Positions 20,575-30,077 of a stretch of DNA of 64,000 nt are shown one piece after another. How positions within the stretch are numbered: position 1 is the first letter of the stretch; each line of letters opens with the position of its first letter. The notes below the pieces were generated by a model. That model worked only from the letters and a program-made list of their open reading frames with translations. It was not told the DNA's origin and did not search any database. The DNA lies in NCBI GenBank assembly GCA_037445065.1, contig JBBILD010000011.1, positions 32,001 through 96,000 on the forward strand. Reading direction: 5' to 3'. This DNA comes from Myxococcales bacterium. GTDB lineage: Bacteria > Desulfobacterota > Binatia > HRBIN30. Both the position numbers and the translations under genes were made by a program.

Positions 20575-22980
20575 ATGGCGCAAACGGCTCAAGCTCGACG
20601 GCCGGTCCGGGCACGTGCTCGGGCCGGGCTCAGGTTGCTGGAAGAGATCGGAACGATCGTTACCCAGTCGCTCGACTTGCGCCGGAGCGCGCAGGGGATC
20701 GTGGAGGCAATTGCGCAGCACATGGGAATGGAGGTGTGCTCCATTTACGTGCTGGACCGCGAGAATCATCGCCTCCAGTTGTGGGCCACCACGGGGTTGG
20801 ACCCAGACTCTGTCGGCAAGGTGTCCATGGCCGTGGATGAAGGGCTGACCGGAATCGCGGTGCAAAAGCTCGAGCCCGTCATGGCCATCGATGCCCTTGT
20901 TCACCCGCGGTACAAGTATTTTCCAGAGACTGGGGAAGAGCGATACCACTCCTTTCTCGGTGTCCCCGTGGTGGATCGGGGCGAGCCAGTGGGGGTGCTC
21001 GTGGTGCAAACCTCGCGGCGGCGACGGTTTACGCTACCCGAGGTGCGGCTGCTCAAGGCCATTGCCGTGCCTGTGGCGGGGATCTTGGCGCAGGTGCAAC
21101 TGCAAGACACCCTGGCACTCAAAGAGGCCGAGCGGCGCGCAATGCAGGAGCAGATGGATGATGCCATCTCGCGGCTGCGTCACTTCGAACAGCTCAGCGC
21201 GCCGCGCACCGTGCGCCGCGCCGACGACGAACCGTTGCGTCTGACCGGATTGGGTGCTGCGCCGGGCTACGGAATCGGCCGGGCGCACTTGTTGCAATCG
21301 AGCGTGAGCTTTACCTCGCGCCCGCGCGAGCGGCACTTGCCAACGCGGCGGGAGCTAGCGCGAGTCAAAAAAGCGATCGCCCAGGCAGCCGAGGAACTCG
21401 AGCGCAACAAGCAGCGCGTAGCCGCGAACGTGCCGGAACTCGACGCCTCGATTTTCGATGCCCAGCGCTTGATGTTGTTCGATGCCGAGTTCCAGACCCG
21501 GGTGGAGGCGGCGATCCGCGAGGGCCTCTCCGCGGAGTGGGCGGTCGGGGAAGCGGTGGAACAGTTGGTGCGTCGCTTCAGCGAACTCGGCGACGCGTAC
21601 CTGCAAGATCGCGCTTCCGACGTGCGAGACATCGGCCAGCTTGTGCTGCGCTACTTGTTGGGACAGCAGGAGCGGTTTCCGGTGTTTGCCTCGAACGTCG
21701 TGTTCGTGGCCAACGAAATCGCACTGGCCGACCTGGCGCGCGTTCAGCAGGAGGGGCTCAAAGGCCTGGTGCTGGCCAGTGGTGGCGTGACTTCCCATGC
21801 GGCGATTCTGGCTCGGACGCTCGAGATTCCAACCGTGGTCGGCGTGGAAAGAGTGGAGGAACTCATCCGCGAGGGCGACCACCTGATCGTGGATGGCAAC
21901 GCCGGGGTGGTGTTTGTGAATCCGACCGCCGAAGTGGTACGAGAATACGAGCGGCTCGGTCGGGAGCAGGCCGCGTTCAGCCGCGACTTGGAGGCGCTGA
22001 GAGATCTTCCGGCGGAAACGCCGGATGGACACCGGATCCACCTGTGGGCCAATATCGGCTTGCTCGGAGACCTGACCTGGTTGAATCGGTACGGAGCCGA
22101 GGGGGTAGGGTTGTACCGGACCGAAGTGGCTTTCCTGTCTCACCGCGATTTCCTGACCGAGGAGGAGCAGTTCGAAATTTACCGGCGCATCCTCACCGGG
22201 CTCGCTGGCAAGCCGCTCACCATTCGTACCTTGGATCTGGGGGCGGACAAGTACCCGCGTTACTTGCACATTCCGCGCGAGGACAACCCCTTTCTCGGCT
22301 GGCGCTCGATCCGCATCTCTCTGGAAATGCCCGAGATTTTCAAGCAGCAGTTGCGTGCTGTCTTGCGCGCCAGTGTGTACGGACCACTGCGCCTCATGTT
22401 TCCCATGATCTCGAGTGTGGAAGAGATTCGCCGCGCCAAGGAGATTCTGGCCAGCGCGCAGGAGGATCTTGAACAGCGCGGCGAGAGTTACGACCCGCAG
22501 ATCCCGCTGGGCATCATGGTTGAGGTGCCGGCCGCCGTGTACTTGGCGCCGCACCTGGTTCGCGAGGTGGACTTCGTCAGCATTGGTACCAACGACCTGA
22601 TCCAATACGTGCTGGCGGTGGACCGCAACAATCGGAAAATCGGGGACTTGTACGAACCCCTCCACCCAGCGGTGTTGCAGGCAATCGCCAATGTAATCCA
22701 CGCGGCGCGCAGCGCTGGAAAGCAAGTCTCCTTGTGCGGTGAAATGGCAGCGGACCCAATGTGTGCGGTCGTGCTGACCGGCTTAGGCCTCGAAGATTTG
22801 AGCATGACGCCGTTTTTCATTCCGCTGATCAAGCGGCTTGTCCGCTCGTTGCCGTTCGAGCAGGCACAGGCCATCGCCGAGGAAGTCTTGCGGATGGCGA
22901 CCGTAAAGGAAGTCAAGGGCTTCTTGTTCGAGGCCATGCGCGATCTGCAGTTGATCGACCTGGTCGAGGTGTATCACTGA
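20575..22980 (+). CDS. ptsP: Phosphoenolpyruvate-protein phosphotransferase with N-terminal GAF domain (EI-Ntr)
   Basis: GAF 'EVCSIYVLD...YFPETGEERYHSFLGVP'; phospho-His 'TSHAAILAR'; 'GLYRTE', 'SIGTNDL', 'CGEMA'. Confidence 0.95.
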   Translation: MAQTAQARRPVRARARAGLRLLEEIGTIVTQSLDLRRSAQGIVEAIAQHMGMEVCSIYVLDRENHRLQLWATTGLDPDSVGKVSMAVDEGLTGIAVQKLEPVMAIDALVHPRYKYFPETGEERYHSFLGVPVVDRGEPVGVLVVQTSRRRRFTLPEVRLLKAIAVPVAGILAQVQLQDTLALKEAERRAMQEQMDDAISRLRHFEQLSAPRTVRRADDEPLRLTGLGAAPGYGIGRAHLLQSSVSFTSRPRERHLPTRRELARVKKAIAQAAEELERNKQRVAANVPELDASIFDAQRLMLFDAEFQTRVEAAIREGLSAEWAVGEAVEQLVRRFSELGDAYLQDRASDVRDIGQLVLRYLLGQQERFPVFASNVVFVANEIALADLARVQQEGLKGLVLASGGVTSHAAILARTLEIPTVVGVERVEELIREGDHLIVDGNAGVVFVNPTAEVVREYERLGREQAAFSRDLEALRDLPAETPDGHRIHLWANIGLLGDLTWLNRYGAEGVGLYRTEVAFLSHRDFLTEEEQFEIYRRILTGLAGKPLTIRTLDLGADKYPRYLHIPREDNPFLGWRSIRISLEMPEIFKQQLRAVLRASVYGPLRLMFPMISSVEEIRRAKEILASAQEDLEQRGESYDPQIPLGIMVEVPAAVYLAPHLVREVDFVSIGTNDLIQYVLAVDRNNRKIGDLYEPLHPAVLQAIANVIHAARSAGKQVSLCGEMAADPMCAVVLTGLGLEDLSMTPFFIPLIKRLVRSLPFEQAQAIAEEVLRMATVKEVKGFLFEAMRDLQLIDLVEVYH

Positions 22981-23001
22981 ACGAGGAGAGGAGGCGCTGC
23001 G

Positions 23002-23526
23002 GTGATGGGCAAGCAAACCGGGTCTGGGATGGTAGGCGTGTGCGCGAGGGTGCGGGAGCTGTGCACGGCCGCGGCGTTTCTGTCTTTCGTGGTGTCGGTC
23101 AGCTGGGCTGCCCCGCCACGGGCGGCGCGCACCGAGAACCCACGCACTCCGGATCGGTGGGCAGAAGTGCAGGAATTGTTGCGGCAGCAAGAGCAGCGCT
23201 CCGGTGAACTCGCCGCCACTGCGGCCCGCCTCGACGAAGAGATCGGGCAGATGCAAAAGCGCTTGCACGAACTGGTGGTCGAAGTGCGGCCGCAGCGAGA
23301 GCAGGTGCATGCACTGCAGGAGACCTTACGGGATATGCGCGAGGAAGTGCGCGGGCTCTATGTGGAGAGCAGCGGTCTCAAAGGGGACATTGCGCAGGTG
23401 GCGGATAAGCTCGACGGCCTCGCCGAGGACCTTGCCAGCTTCCGCTTGAGTGCAGGAATCATTGCCGCGCTCATTGTCTTGCTGCAGATCATTGGCATCG
23501 GCCTCGCAGTTCGGATGCGTAGTTAA
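23002..23526 (+). CDS. Hypothetical protein: signal-like N-terminus, coiled coil, C-terminal TM helix
   Basis: Heptad-rich Q/E/L segment, then 'IIAALIVLLQIIGIGLAVRMRS'; GAGGAGAGGAGG upstream. Confidence 0.7.
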   Translation: MMGKQTGSGMVGVCARVRELCTAAAFLSFVVSVSWAAPPRAARTENPRTPDRWAEVQELLRQQEQRSGELAATAARLDEEIGQMQKRLHELVVEVRPQREQVHALQETLRDMREEVRGLYVESSGLKGDIAQVADKLDGLAEDLASFRLSAGIIAALIVLLQIIGIGLAVRMRS

Positions 23527-23719
23527 CCGGCGAAGGACACGCCACCCGGCAGACCAGCAGTTCGCCCTGTTCGGGTGGTAGACTCGCGCGCTGCGATGTT
23601 CTCGTGAGGCGCGAGTCTCGTTTTCGAGAAAAGGCGGGTGCTGAGAACTCCGTAGGAGCCGGTTGCGGCAACGGCATTGCGCTTGCTGGCTTGTTCGCTT
23701 CGTGGAAAGCCGATCAACG

Positions 23720-24781
23720 ATGCGAACTGCGCATGTGCGTTGTCTGCTGGGCGTGTGGCTGTGCTTGGCAGCCTGCTCGCGGGGTGAGCCGCCGCTGCCT
23801 CCCCTCCCGCAGCCGCTGATCCGCTTGTCCGACAAGTTTTTCGACGTCGCTGCGCTAGGACCCGAGCGCGCGATCGTGGTCGGGTACGCAGGAAAGATCC
23901 TGCTTACGGAGGACGGAGGGTTTCGCTGGGAGCAAATCCCGAGCGGTACAGAGCTGGCGCTGTATCGGATTCGCTTCGTCAACCCACAGGTCGGCTGGAT
24001 CAGTGGGCAAGAAGGGCTCATCCTGCACACCACGGATGGGGGGCGGACTTGGGTCCGCCAAGGTACCCCGACGCGGGTCAACCTGTTCAGCGTCTCGTTT
24101 GCCGATGAACAGTACGGCTGGGCTGTGGGAGACCTGTCGCTCGGAATTCGCACTCGGGACGGAGGCCGCTCCTGGTCACTGCACCGGGTGGCGGCTGCCG
24201 AGGATCGGGGCAAACGCTCTGCGGAGGAAGCCATCATCGAACAGGAGCCCATTTTGTACGACGTGTATTTTGCCGATCGCGAGCACGGTTGGGTGGTGGG
24301 AGAGTTCGGCAAGTTGCTGCGCACCATTGATGGCGGTGAGACGTGGAGCAGTCACGAGGCCACTCTGCTCGGCGAGGAGATCGTAGATGTGCTCGACATC
24401 CCAACCTTTTTTGGGATTTCCGCGCGCACGTCTCGGGAGCTCGTGGTTGCTGGACTGGAAGGGAAAGTGGCGCGCAGCGTGGATGGCGGTCAAACCTGGA
24501 GGCTCGATTCGGTCGAGTCTCCTTTCCCCGTCGTGGATCCGTTGTTCGTACCGTTTTTGTTCGACGACGGTTTCGGTTGGGTGGCGGGTGCTTCGGGTCA
24601 GATCTTGCGCCGGGCGGGAGCCGATTCGCCTTGGCAGCGTGCGGACTTGGGAATGGAGGTGTCCACCTGGATTCGCGGCATGGACTGGTGGGATGCCCGA
24701 ACGGGCTGGTTGGTCGGCGGCTACGGTTTGATCCTGCACACCACGGATGGCGGGCGGACGTGGAGTCCAGCCCTCGGTTGA
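23720..24781 (+). CDS. YCF48/BNR-repeat beta-propeller lipoprotein
   Basis: Lipobox 'LAAC'; repeated 'T-x-DGG-x-(T/S)W' Asp-boxes. Confidence 0.88.
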   Translation: MRTAHVRCLLGVWLCLAACSRGEPPLPPLPQPLIRLSDKFFDVAALGPERAIVVGYAGKILLTEDGGFRWEQIPSGTELALYRIRFVNPQVGWISGQEGLILHTTDGGRTWVRQGTPTRVNLFSVSFADEQYGWAVGDLSLGIRTRDGGRSWSLHRVAAAEDRGKRSAEEAIIEQEPILYDVYFADREHGWVVGEFGKLLRTIDGGETWSSHEATLLGEEIVDVLDIPTFFGISARTSRELVVAGLEGKVARSVDGGQTWRLDSVESPFPVVDPLFVPFLFDDGFGWVAGASGQILRRAGADSPWQRADLGMEVSTWIRGMDWWDARTGWLVGGYGLILHTTDGGRTWSPALG

Positions 24782-24790
24782 GAAGCAGGG

Positions 24791-27478
24791 ATGAGGGAAC
24801 ACGCAGGCTTCGAAATTCCGGAAGAAAAACGGCTTCTTTATTGGCTCGGCGAACGGCTGATTGATTACCGCTTGCCCGCGGTCGTGCTGGTGTCGTTGGT
24901 CACCGGCTTTTTTGCGTACCACGCGGCGCAGCTCGAACTGGTGACCAGCTTCGGAGAGCTGCTTCCGCAAAGCCACCCGTACATCAAGATCCACAACCGA
25001 TTTGCGCACACATTTGGCGGCGCCAACAACATTATGGTGATGGTCGAGGTGCGTGACGGCACCATCTTCAACCCGCAGACGCTGAACAAGATCTGGAACA
25101 TGACCCAGGCCATGGACACGGTCTACGGGGTCAACCACAACCAGATCGAGTCCATCGCCCACCGCACAGTGCGTTACCTCAAAGTTGCGGCTGGGGGAAC
25201 GATGCGCGCAACACCGGTGATGCTGGGCGAGGTGCGCTCGCAAGAGGAAGCCGAACAAATCCGCCGCATCGTGCATAGCGCCGAAAACATTTACGGCATC
25301 TTGGTTTCGCTCGATGACAAGGCCGCACTGATTCGCGCCAACTTTATCGAGGGGCGGCTCGATTACCGGCGCATCTTCGAAGAAATCAATGAGAAAGTGG
25401 TCGCGCCCTTTGGCGACTCCAATACCTCGATTTTCGTAGCCGGCGAGCCGCGTTTGTACGGCTGGGTATACCGTTACGCGGACGATGTGTTCTGGATCTT
25501 GGTGCTTGCCTATTGCCTGGAGTGGCTGTTTCGGTGGGGGTACTTCCACGACTGGCGGGGAGCGCTGCGCCCGACGATCACGGGCGTAATCGCTGCCATT
25601 TGGGGACTCGGCTTTATTCGCTTGATCGGTTTTGCCCTCGATCCCCTCATGCTGGTGATGCCGTTCCTGATCACAGCACGGGCGGTGAGCCACTCGGTGC
25701 AAATGCACGATCGGTATTACGAGGAACTCGAGAAAAGTGGCTGGAACAAGCGGCATGCGATCGTTGCCGCGTTCGCGGAGTTGTTCGTGCCGACCCTATC
25801 CGGGATCACGACCGACGCCCTGGGTGTACTGGTGATTCTCCTCGTGCCCGTGATCATGCTGCAGAAGCTCGCCATCACGGCATCGTTCTGGATTTTTGCC
25901 ATTACGGTCTCGGAGCTTTTGCTCAATCCGATCGTGTATTACTACCTGCGGCCTCCGGAACCGGCCTTGGTCGTCTCGCGCGACCTCGGTCTGTTCCGTC
26001 GAGGAGTGATTTGGGCGGCAGACCGCATCGTCACACGCCGCGGGGTGTTACTGACCTTGACCGTGTGGTCTCTGGCCTCCGGTGTCGCGGTATACTTCGT
26101 GCGCGGACTGACCATTGGCGACCCCACCTCCGCGTCGCCGCTGCTGTGGCAAGACTCTGCCTACAACGTCTCCCACCAGCGCATTCAGGACAAATTCGGT
26201 GGAGTGGAGCCACTGATCGTGGTTGCTGAGGGGTTGGACCGGGACGCCATGAAGGATCCCGCGACCCTGCGCAAAATGGAGCGCTTCCAGCGTGAAATCG
26301 AGCGAGACCCGAGCGTCGGATACAGTTTTTCGCTGGCCGACATTATTCGCGCCGTGAATGCCGTGTTTCACGAACTCGAACCCAAGTGGGGAGTGATTCC
26401 CAACAACTGGGTGGATGTGGGCGGCTTGTTCTTCATTTACTTCTCTGGCTCCCCACCTTCGGAAACCGCCAAATACGTGGACCCGAGCTACACGACCGCC
26501 CATGTGACTTTCTTCTGCAAGGACCACAAGGGAGACAACATCCGTCGGATCATCCGCCGCTGTAAGGACTTCATCTTCGAAGAACAGTTGCGGGACCTCG
26601 GCATCCGCGTGCGCGAGGAAAGCAACCGGGTGTACGTGGCCGAGGTGTTGCCTCAGCCGCGGTGGGAACAGGCCGGGCCGTCGTGGACCGTCTCTGAACA
26701 CGGTGGCCCTGGCCAAGGGCCTCTGCAACCTGGTGACCGCATCGTGCGGGTCGGTAGAACTCCGGTGACCGATTTGGCCAGCTTCAGGACCGCTTTTGCG
26801 AAAGAGACGGCCGACGCCGCGCTCCTGGACTTCGGAATCGAACGCGCAAGCCAGGTCATCGAGGTAACGGTTGTGCCACCATGGAAAGCAGTGTTCAAAC
26901 TTGCTGGGGGTCTGATCGGGACTCTTGCCGCGGCCAACGAAGAACTCCTACGCAACGACGTGCTCATGAACGTGCTGGGGTTTCTCACCATGTGGGTCAT
27001 CATGCTGTTCACGTATCGGTCCTTCGCGGCAGGGCTGTACATGTTGGCACCCTTGATGATGGCCAATCTGATCGTGAACGCATACATGGCCGGGCGCGAC
27101 ATCGGGATCAACATCCACACTCTCCCTCTAGTTACGGTTGGTTTGGGCTTTGGCATTGATTACGCCCTGTACATTGTGAGCCGCACTTTGGAGGAGATCC
27201 GCCGCTGCGGGGAGCTGCGCTTGGCAGTCCGCGAGGCGCTGATGACCTCGGGCAAGGCGGTCACGTTCACGGCCTTCTCCATGGTGTTGACCACGGCACT
27301 CTGGAGCCTGTCTCACATCCGGTTCAATGCGGAAATGGGTTTGTTGCTGGCGATGTGGATGGGCATCAGTTTTTTCGGGAGCGTGACATTGCTGCCGGCC
27401 TTGTTGTTGGTCTTCCGGCCCCGGTTTCTCACCCGCGAACTCGATCGCGCTGGCATCACAGTGGGCGAGAGGAGCTAG
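24791..27478 (+). CDS. MMPL/RND-family transporter with an internal PDZ-like insertion
   Basis: Two periplasmic/TM repeats; 'ARAVSHSVQ' and 'GFGIDYALY'; paired with YCF48. Confidence 0.88.
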   Translation: MREHAGFEIPEEKRLLYWLGERLIDYRLPAVVLVSLVTGFFAYHAAQLELVTSFGELLPQSHPYIKIHNRFAHTFGGANNIMVMVEVRDGTIFNPQTLNKIWNMTQAMDTVYGVNHNQIESIAHRTVRYLKVAAGGTMRATPVMLGEVRSQEEAEQIRRIVHSAENIYGILVSLDDKAALIRANFIEGRLDYRRIFEEINEKVVAPFGDSNTSIFVAGEPRLYGWVYRYADDVFWILVLAYCLEWLFRWGYFHDWRGALRPTITGVIAAIWGLGFIRLIGFALDPLMLVMPFLITARAVSHSVQMHDRYYEELEKSGWNKRHAIVAAFAELFVPTLSGITTDALGVLVILLVPVIMLQKLAITASFWIFAITVSELLLNPIVYYYLRPPEPALVVSRDLGLFRRGVIWAADRIVTRRGVLLTLTVWSLASGVAVYFVRGLTIGDPTSASPLLWQDSAYNVSHQRIQDKFGGVEPLIVVAEGLDRDAMKDPATLRKMERFQREIERDPSVGYSFSLADIIRAVNAVFHELEPKWGVIPNNWVDVGGLFFIYFSGSPPSETAKYVDPSYTTAHVTFFCKDHKGDNIRRIIRRCKDFIFEEQLRDLGIRVREESNRVYVAEVLPQPRWEQAGPSWTVSEHGGPGQGPLQPGDRIVRVGRTPVTDLASFRTAFAKETADAALLDFGIERASQVIEVTVVPPWKAVFKLAGGLIGTLAAANEELLRNDVLMNVLGFLTMWVIMLFTYRSFAAGLYMLAPLMMANLIVNAYMAGRDIGINIHTLPLVTVGLGFGIDYALYIVSRTLEEIRRCGELRLAVREALMTSGKAVTFTAFSMVLTTALWSLSHIRFNAEMGLLLAMWMGISFFGSVTLLPALLLVFRPRFLTRELDRAGITVGERS

Positions 27479-27482
27479 CCCA

Positions 27483-27671
27483 ATGCGCCTTACCCTCATG
27501 AGTTCAATCGCGATTGTGGTGCTGTTCAGCCTGCTGTTGATTGCTTTTGACGAGTGGGTAGCACGCCCGTGGCGGCGTCGCCGGTGGGAACGCCGGGCCA
27601 AGGAAGGGGACGAGCGGGCGCAGCGCCTCCTCCGCATAGCGAAAGAAGTGCGAATTAAGGGCGAGAAGTGA
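27483..27671 (+). CDS. Small single-TM hypothetical protein
   Basis: 62 aa, hydrophobic N-terminus then Arg-rich; starts 4 nt after the MMPL stop. Confidence 0.6.
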   Translation: MRLTLMSSIAIVVLFSLLLIAFDEWVARPWRRRRWERRAKEGDERAQRLLRIAKEVRIKGEK

Positions 27672-27844
27672 GAAGGCAGGGCCGATGGGTTGCGTGCGGG
27701 AGCGACGTTTCCTTCGCCTGATTCATCCGGGAACGCCGCGGGTGGCCGCGGCCAATGTTGCCGCTCTTGCGCTGGCGTTGTCTGGCGTAGCTGGGCGCGA
27801 GAGGGTGAGTGCGGCAGCGAGAAGGCCAGCGATGTGCACGATCC

Positions 27845-28624
27845 ATGGCGCGAGCGGCTGAGCGGATCGTCAAGACACTCCTGATTGCTGATAAGGAGCT
27901 CCGCGTCGCGGCTGCGTCTCCACTGCCCTACGTGCTGGTGGCCATGTTCTCCGCAATCTGCGGTTTTTTCTTCGTGACCAGGTTAGTGCTGTACAGCGAA
28001 TACTCCGTGGGCGCGGCGGTCATCGCGAATTTTTGGTTTGCATTTTTAGCTGGGGCGCCGTACTCGGTGTCGAGCGTTCTTGTCCTCGTCATTCCTCTGC
28101 TCACCATGCGAGCCTTCGCCGAGGAACGGCGATCCGGAACGCTCGAGTTGTTGCTCACCTTCCCGGTGCGGGACAGCGACGTTCTGCTCGGGAAGTTTAC
28201 CGCCACGATGGCCATCGCCTCGGTCTTGCTGGCAATCGTGGCGGGTTACGCGGTGGTGCTCTCTTGGTATGTTCCGGTGCCGTGGGCAGCGGTGGCAGTC
28301 GGGCTCCTCGGCTTGTGGCTGCTACTCGCGAGCTTTACGGCCTGCGGACTCTTTTTCTCGTCCCTTACCGAGAGTCAGGTCGTAGCGGCGCTCGGGAGTG
28401 GAGGCGTGTTGGTGCTCTGCTGGCTTGTCACGTGGAACGAGGCGGCTTTCCGCACTGGGTGGCTTGCGGTGCTGCGCCAGTTCTCGGCATTCGACCACTT
28501 CGAGCGACTGGCTCGGGGGCTGCTTGCGCTCGAGGACGTCACGTATTTTGTCACTGCCACTGCGCTGTTCCACTTCTTGACCCTGCGGGTGTTGGCGGCT
28601 CGAACCTGGCAGAGGCGCGGCTGA
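27845..28624 (+). CDS. ABC-2 type permease, GldF-like
   Basis: 'IADKELR...SPLPY', 'PLLTMRAFAEERRSGTLELLLTFPV', 'LLGKF', 'SSLTESQVVAA'; start uncertain. Confidence 0.85.
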   Translation: MARAAERIVKTLLIADKELRVAAASPLPYVLVAMFSAICGFFFVTRLVLYSEYSVGAAVIANFWFAFLAGAPYSVSSVLVLVIPLLTMRAFAEERRSGTLELLLTFPVRDSDVLLGKFTATMAIASVLLAIVAGYAVVLSWYVPVPWAAVAVGLLGLWLLLASFTACGLFFSSLTESQVVAALGSGGVLVLCWLVTWNEAAFRTGWLAVLRQFSAFDHFERLARGLLALEDVTYFVTATALFHFLTLRVLAARTWQRRG

Positions 28625-28626
28625 GA

Positions 28627-29946
28627 ATGGGCTTTTTCCGGGAAACTGGTCTGCCGTCGCTGTTGGCTACTGCGGGTTTCATGGCGACGATGGTCATGGT
28701 TCAGTTGTGGGCGGCGCGGCTCGGTTGGCAGTGGGATGCCAGTGTGGGGCGCCGCTTCACTCTGGCGCCGTACACAAAGCGGGTCCTCGCGGAAGCGGGC
28801 AAGCAGGTCAGGCTGTACGCGTTTGCCCCTTCGGGGCTCGAACGCAGCCGCGCCTTGCTGGAGTTGGTGGATCGCTTTGCGCAGGCGGCGCCCGGACTTT
28901 CTGTGCAGGTGTTCGATACCAATCGCAGTCCCGAGGTGGCACGCCGGCTTGGCGTTGACACCAACCTCGCGGTCGTTGTCGAGAGTGGCCAGCGCCGGCG
29001 CCTGGTGACGCATCCCAACGAGATCGCGATTTCCGCTGCCATCGCTACGGTGTATCGCACCAAGAGCCCGCGGCTGATTTGGTTTGGGCAGGACCGTGGT
29101 CGGGACTACGGTCGCATTTGGGCCGCCTTGCAAGCGGAGGGTTTCGAACCGACCAAAGAACCGCCAGCGGCGGGGCACCCCGAGCGCTTAGAGATCGCGG
29201 TTTTCGCGGGCGCGGAAGGGTTGCGTTCGGACGTGTTGCGGCGGTGGTGCACCGATTCGGCCGCCGGTTCTCGTTGTTTGGTGCTTGCCGAATCGGATAC
29301 GTGCCGCCGCTCCCCAGACGTCTGCCAATGGTTGCGGGAGACGTGGGGAGTGGCTCCGAGCGGTGAGACGATCGTGGACCACGGCTCGCGTTTGGTTGGT
29401 GGGGATCCGTTCACGATTGCCGTGCCCGGGCTGGCGGAGGATCATCCGATCTCTGCCACGATGGGAAAACCGCCGCTGTTTTCTGGGGCTACGCCAGTGG
29501 AACGTGTGGCTGCGATGCGAGGGGTGGAGGTGTGGACACTCCTGTACTCGGCGCCGTCTGCGCAAGCCGTCCGCGAGACGGCTCGCCCTGGTGGCGACGA
29601 GGGGCACGTGCTTCGGCGCGGGTCCCTACCGGTGGCCCTCGCCGCAGTGCGCCGTGGTGAAAATGGGTCGGAGGCACGGCTGGTGGTTGCCGGCGACCGG
29701 GATTTTGCCACCGATCGGTTGCTGGAATTTCTGGGCAACAAGGACTTCTTTTTGAACACTCTCAACTGGTTGTCCGACGAGGTCCAGATGTTGGGGGAGA
29801 GAGCGGAGGAGCGGCCGTTTGGAATTCAGCACGTCTTCTTCTCCGCTGCTGACATCCGCAATCTCTTCTGGACCTTGTCGGTCCTTCCCGCGGTCGGTTT
29901 CTCGCTCGTTGGCTTTGCGGTGTGGTGGCGGCGGCGCAATTTGTAG
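28627..29946 (+). CDS. GldG-like ABC auxiliary component
   Basis: 'WDASVGRRFTLAPYT', 'RLVVAGDRDFAT', 'GNKDFFLNTLNWL', C-terminal TM + 'WWRRR'. Confidence 0.82.
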   Translation: MGFFRETGLPSLLATAGFMATMVMVQLWAARLGWQWDASVGRRFTLAPYTKRVLAEAGKQVRLYAFAPSGLERSRALLELVDRFAQAAPGLSVQVFDTNRSPEVARRLGVDTNLAVVVESGQRRRLVTHPNEIAISAAIATVYRTKSPRLIWFGQDRGRDYGRIWAALQAEGFEPTKEPPAAGHPERLEIAVFAGAEGLRSDVLRRWCTDSAAGSRCLVLAESDTCRRSPDVCQWLRETWGVAPSGETIVDHGSRLVGGDPFTIAVPGLAEDHPISATMGKPPLFSGATPVERVAAMRGVEVWTLLYSAPSAQAVRETARPGGDEGHVLRRGSLPVALAAVRRGENGSEARLVVAGDRDFATDRLLEFLGNKDFFLNTLNWLSDEVQMLGERAEERPFGIQHVFFSAADIRNLFWTLSVLPAVGFSLVGFAVWWRRRNL

Positions 29947-30077
29947 GAGCCGTCTGCCCTGGTGGCCCGCTGCAGTCGTGGCTGCTTTAGGGGTAACAAA
30001 CCCAACCGGAGGCCTGCTTTCTCGCGAGCAGCCCTTTTCGGGGACGAGTCGGTTTGCAATGCTGGCCGGGCAAAATC

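Noticed and set aside
23720..24781. YCF48 as evidence of photosynthesis
   Set aside because: BNR-repeat lipoproteins next to MMPL transporters occur widely in non-phototrophs; no photosystem genes here
27845..29946. Gld genes as evidence of gliding motility
   Set aside because: GldF/GldG-like ABC components are widespread outside Bacteroidota; no other motility genes in the window
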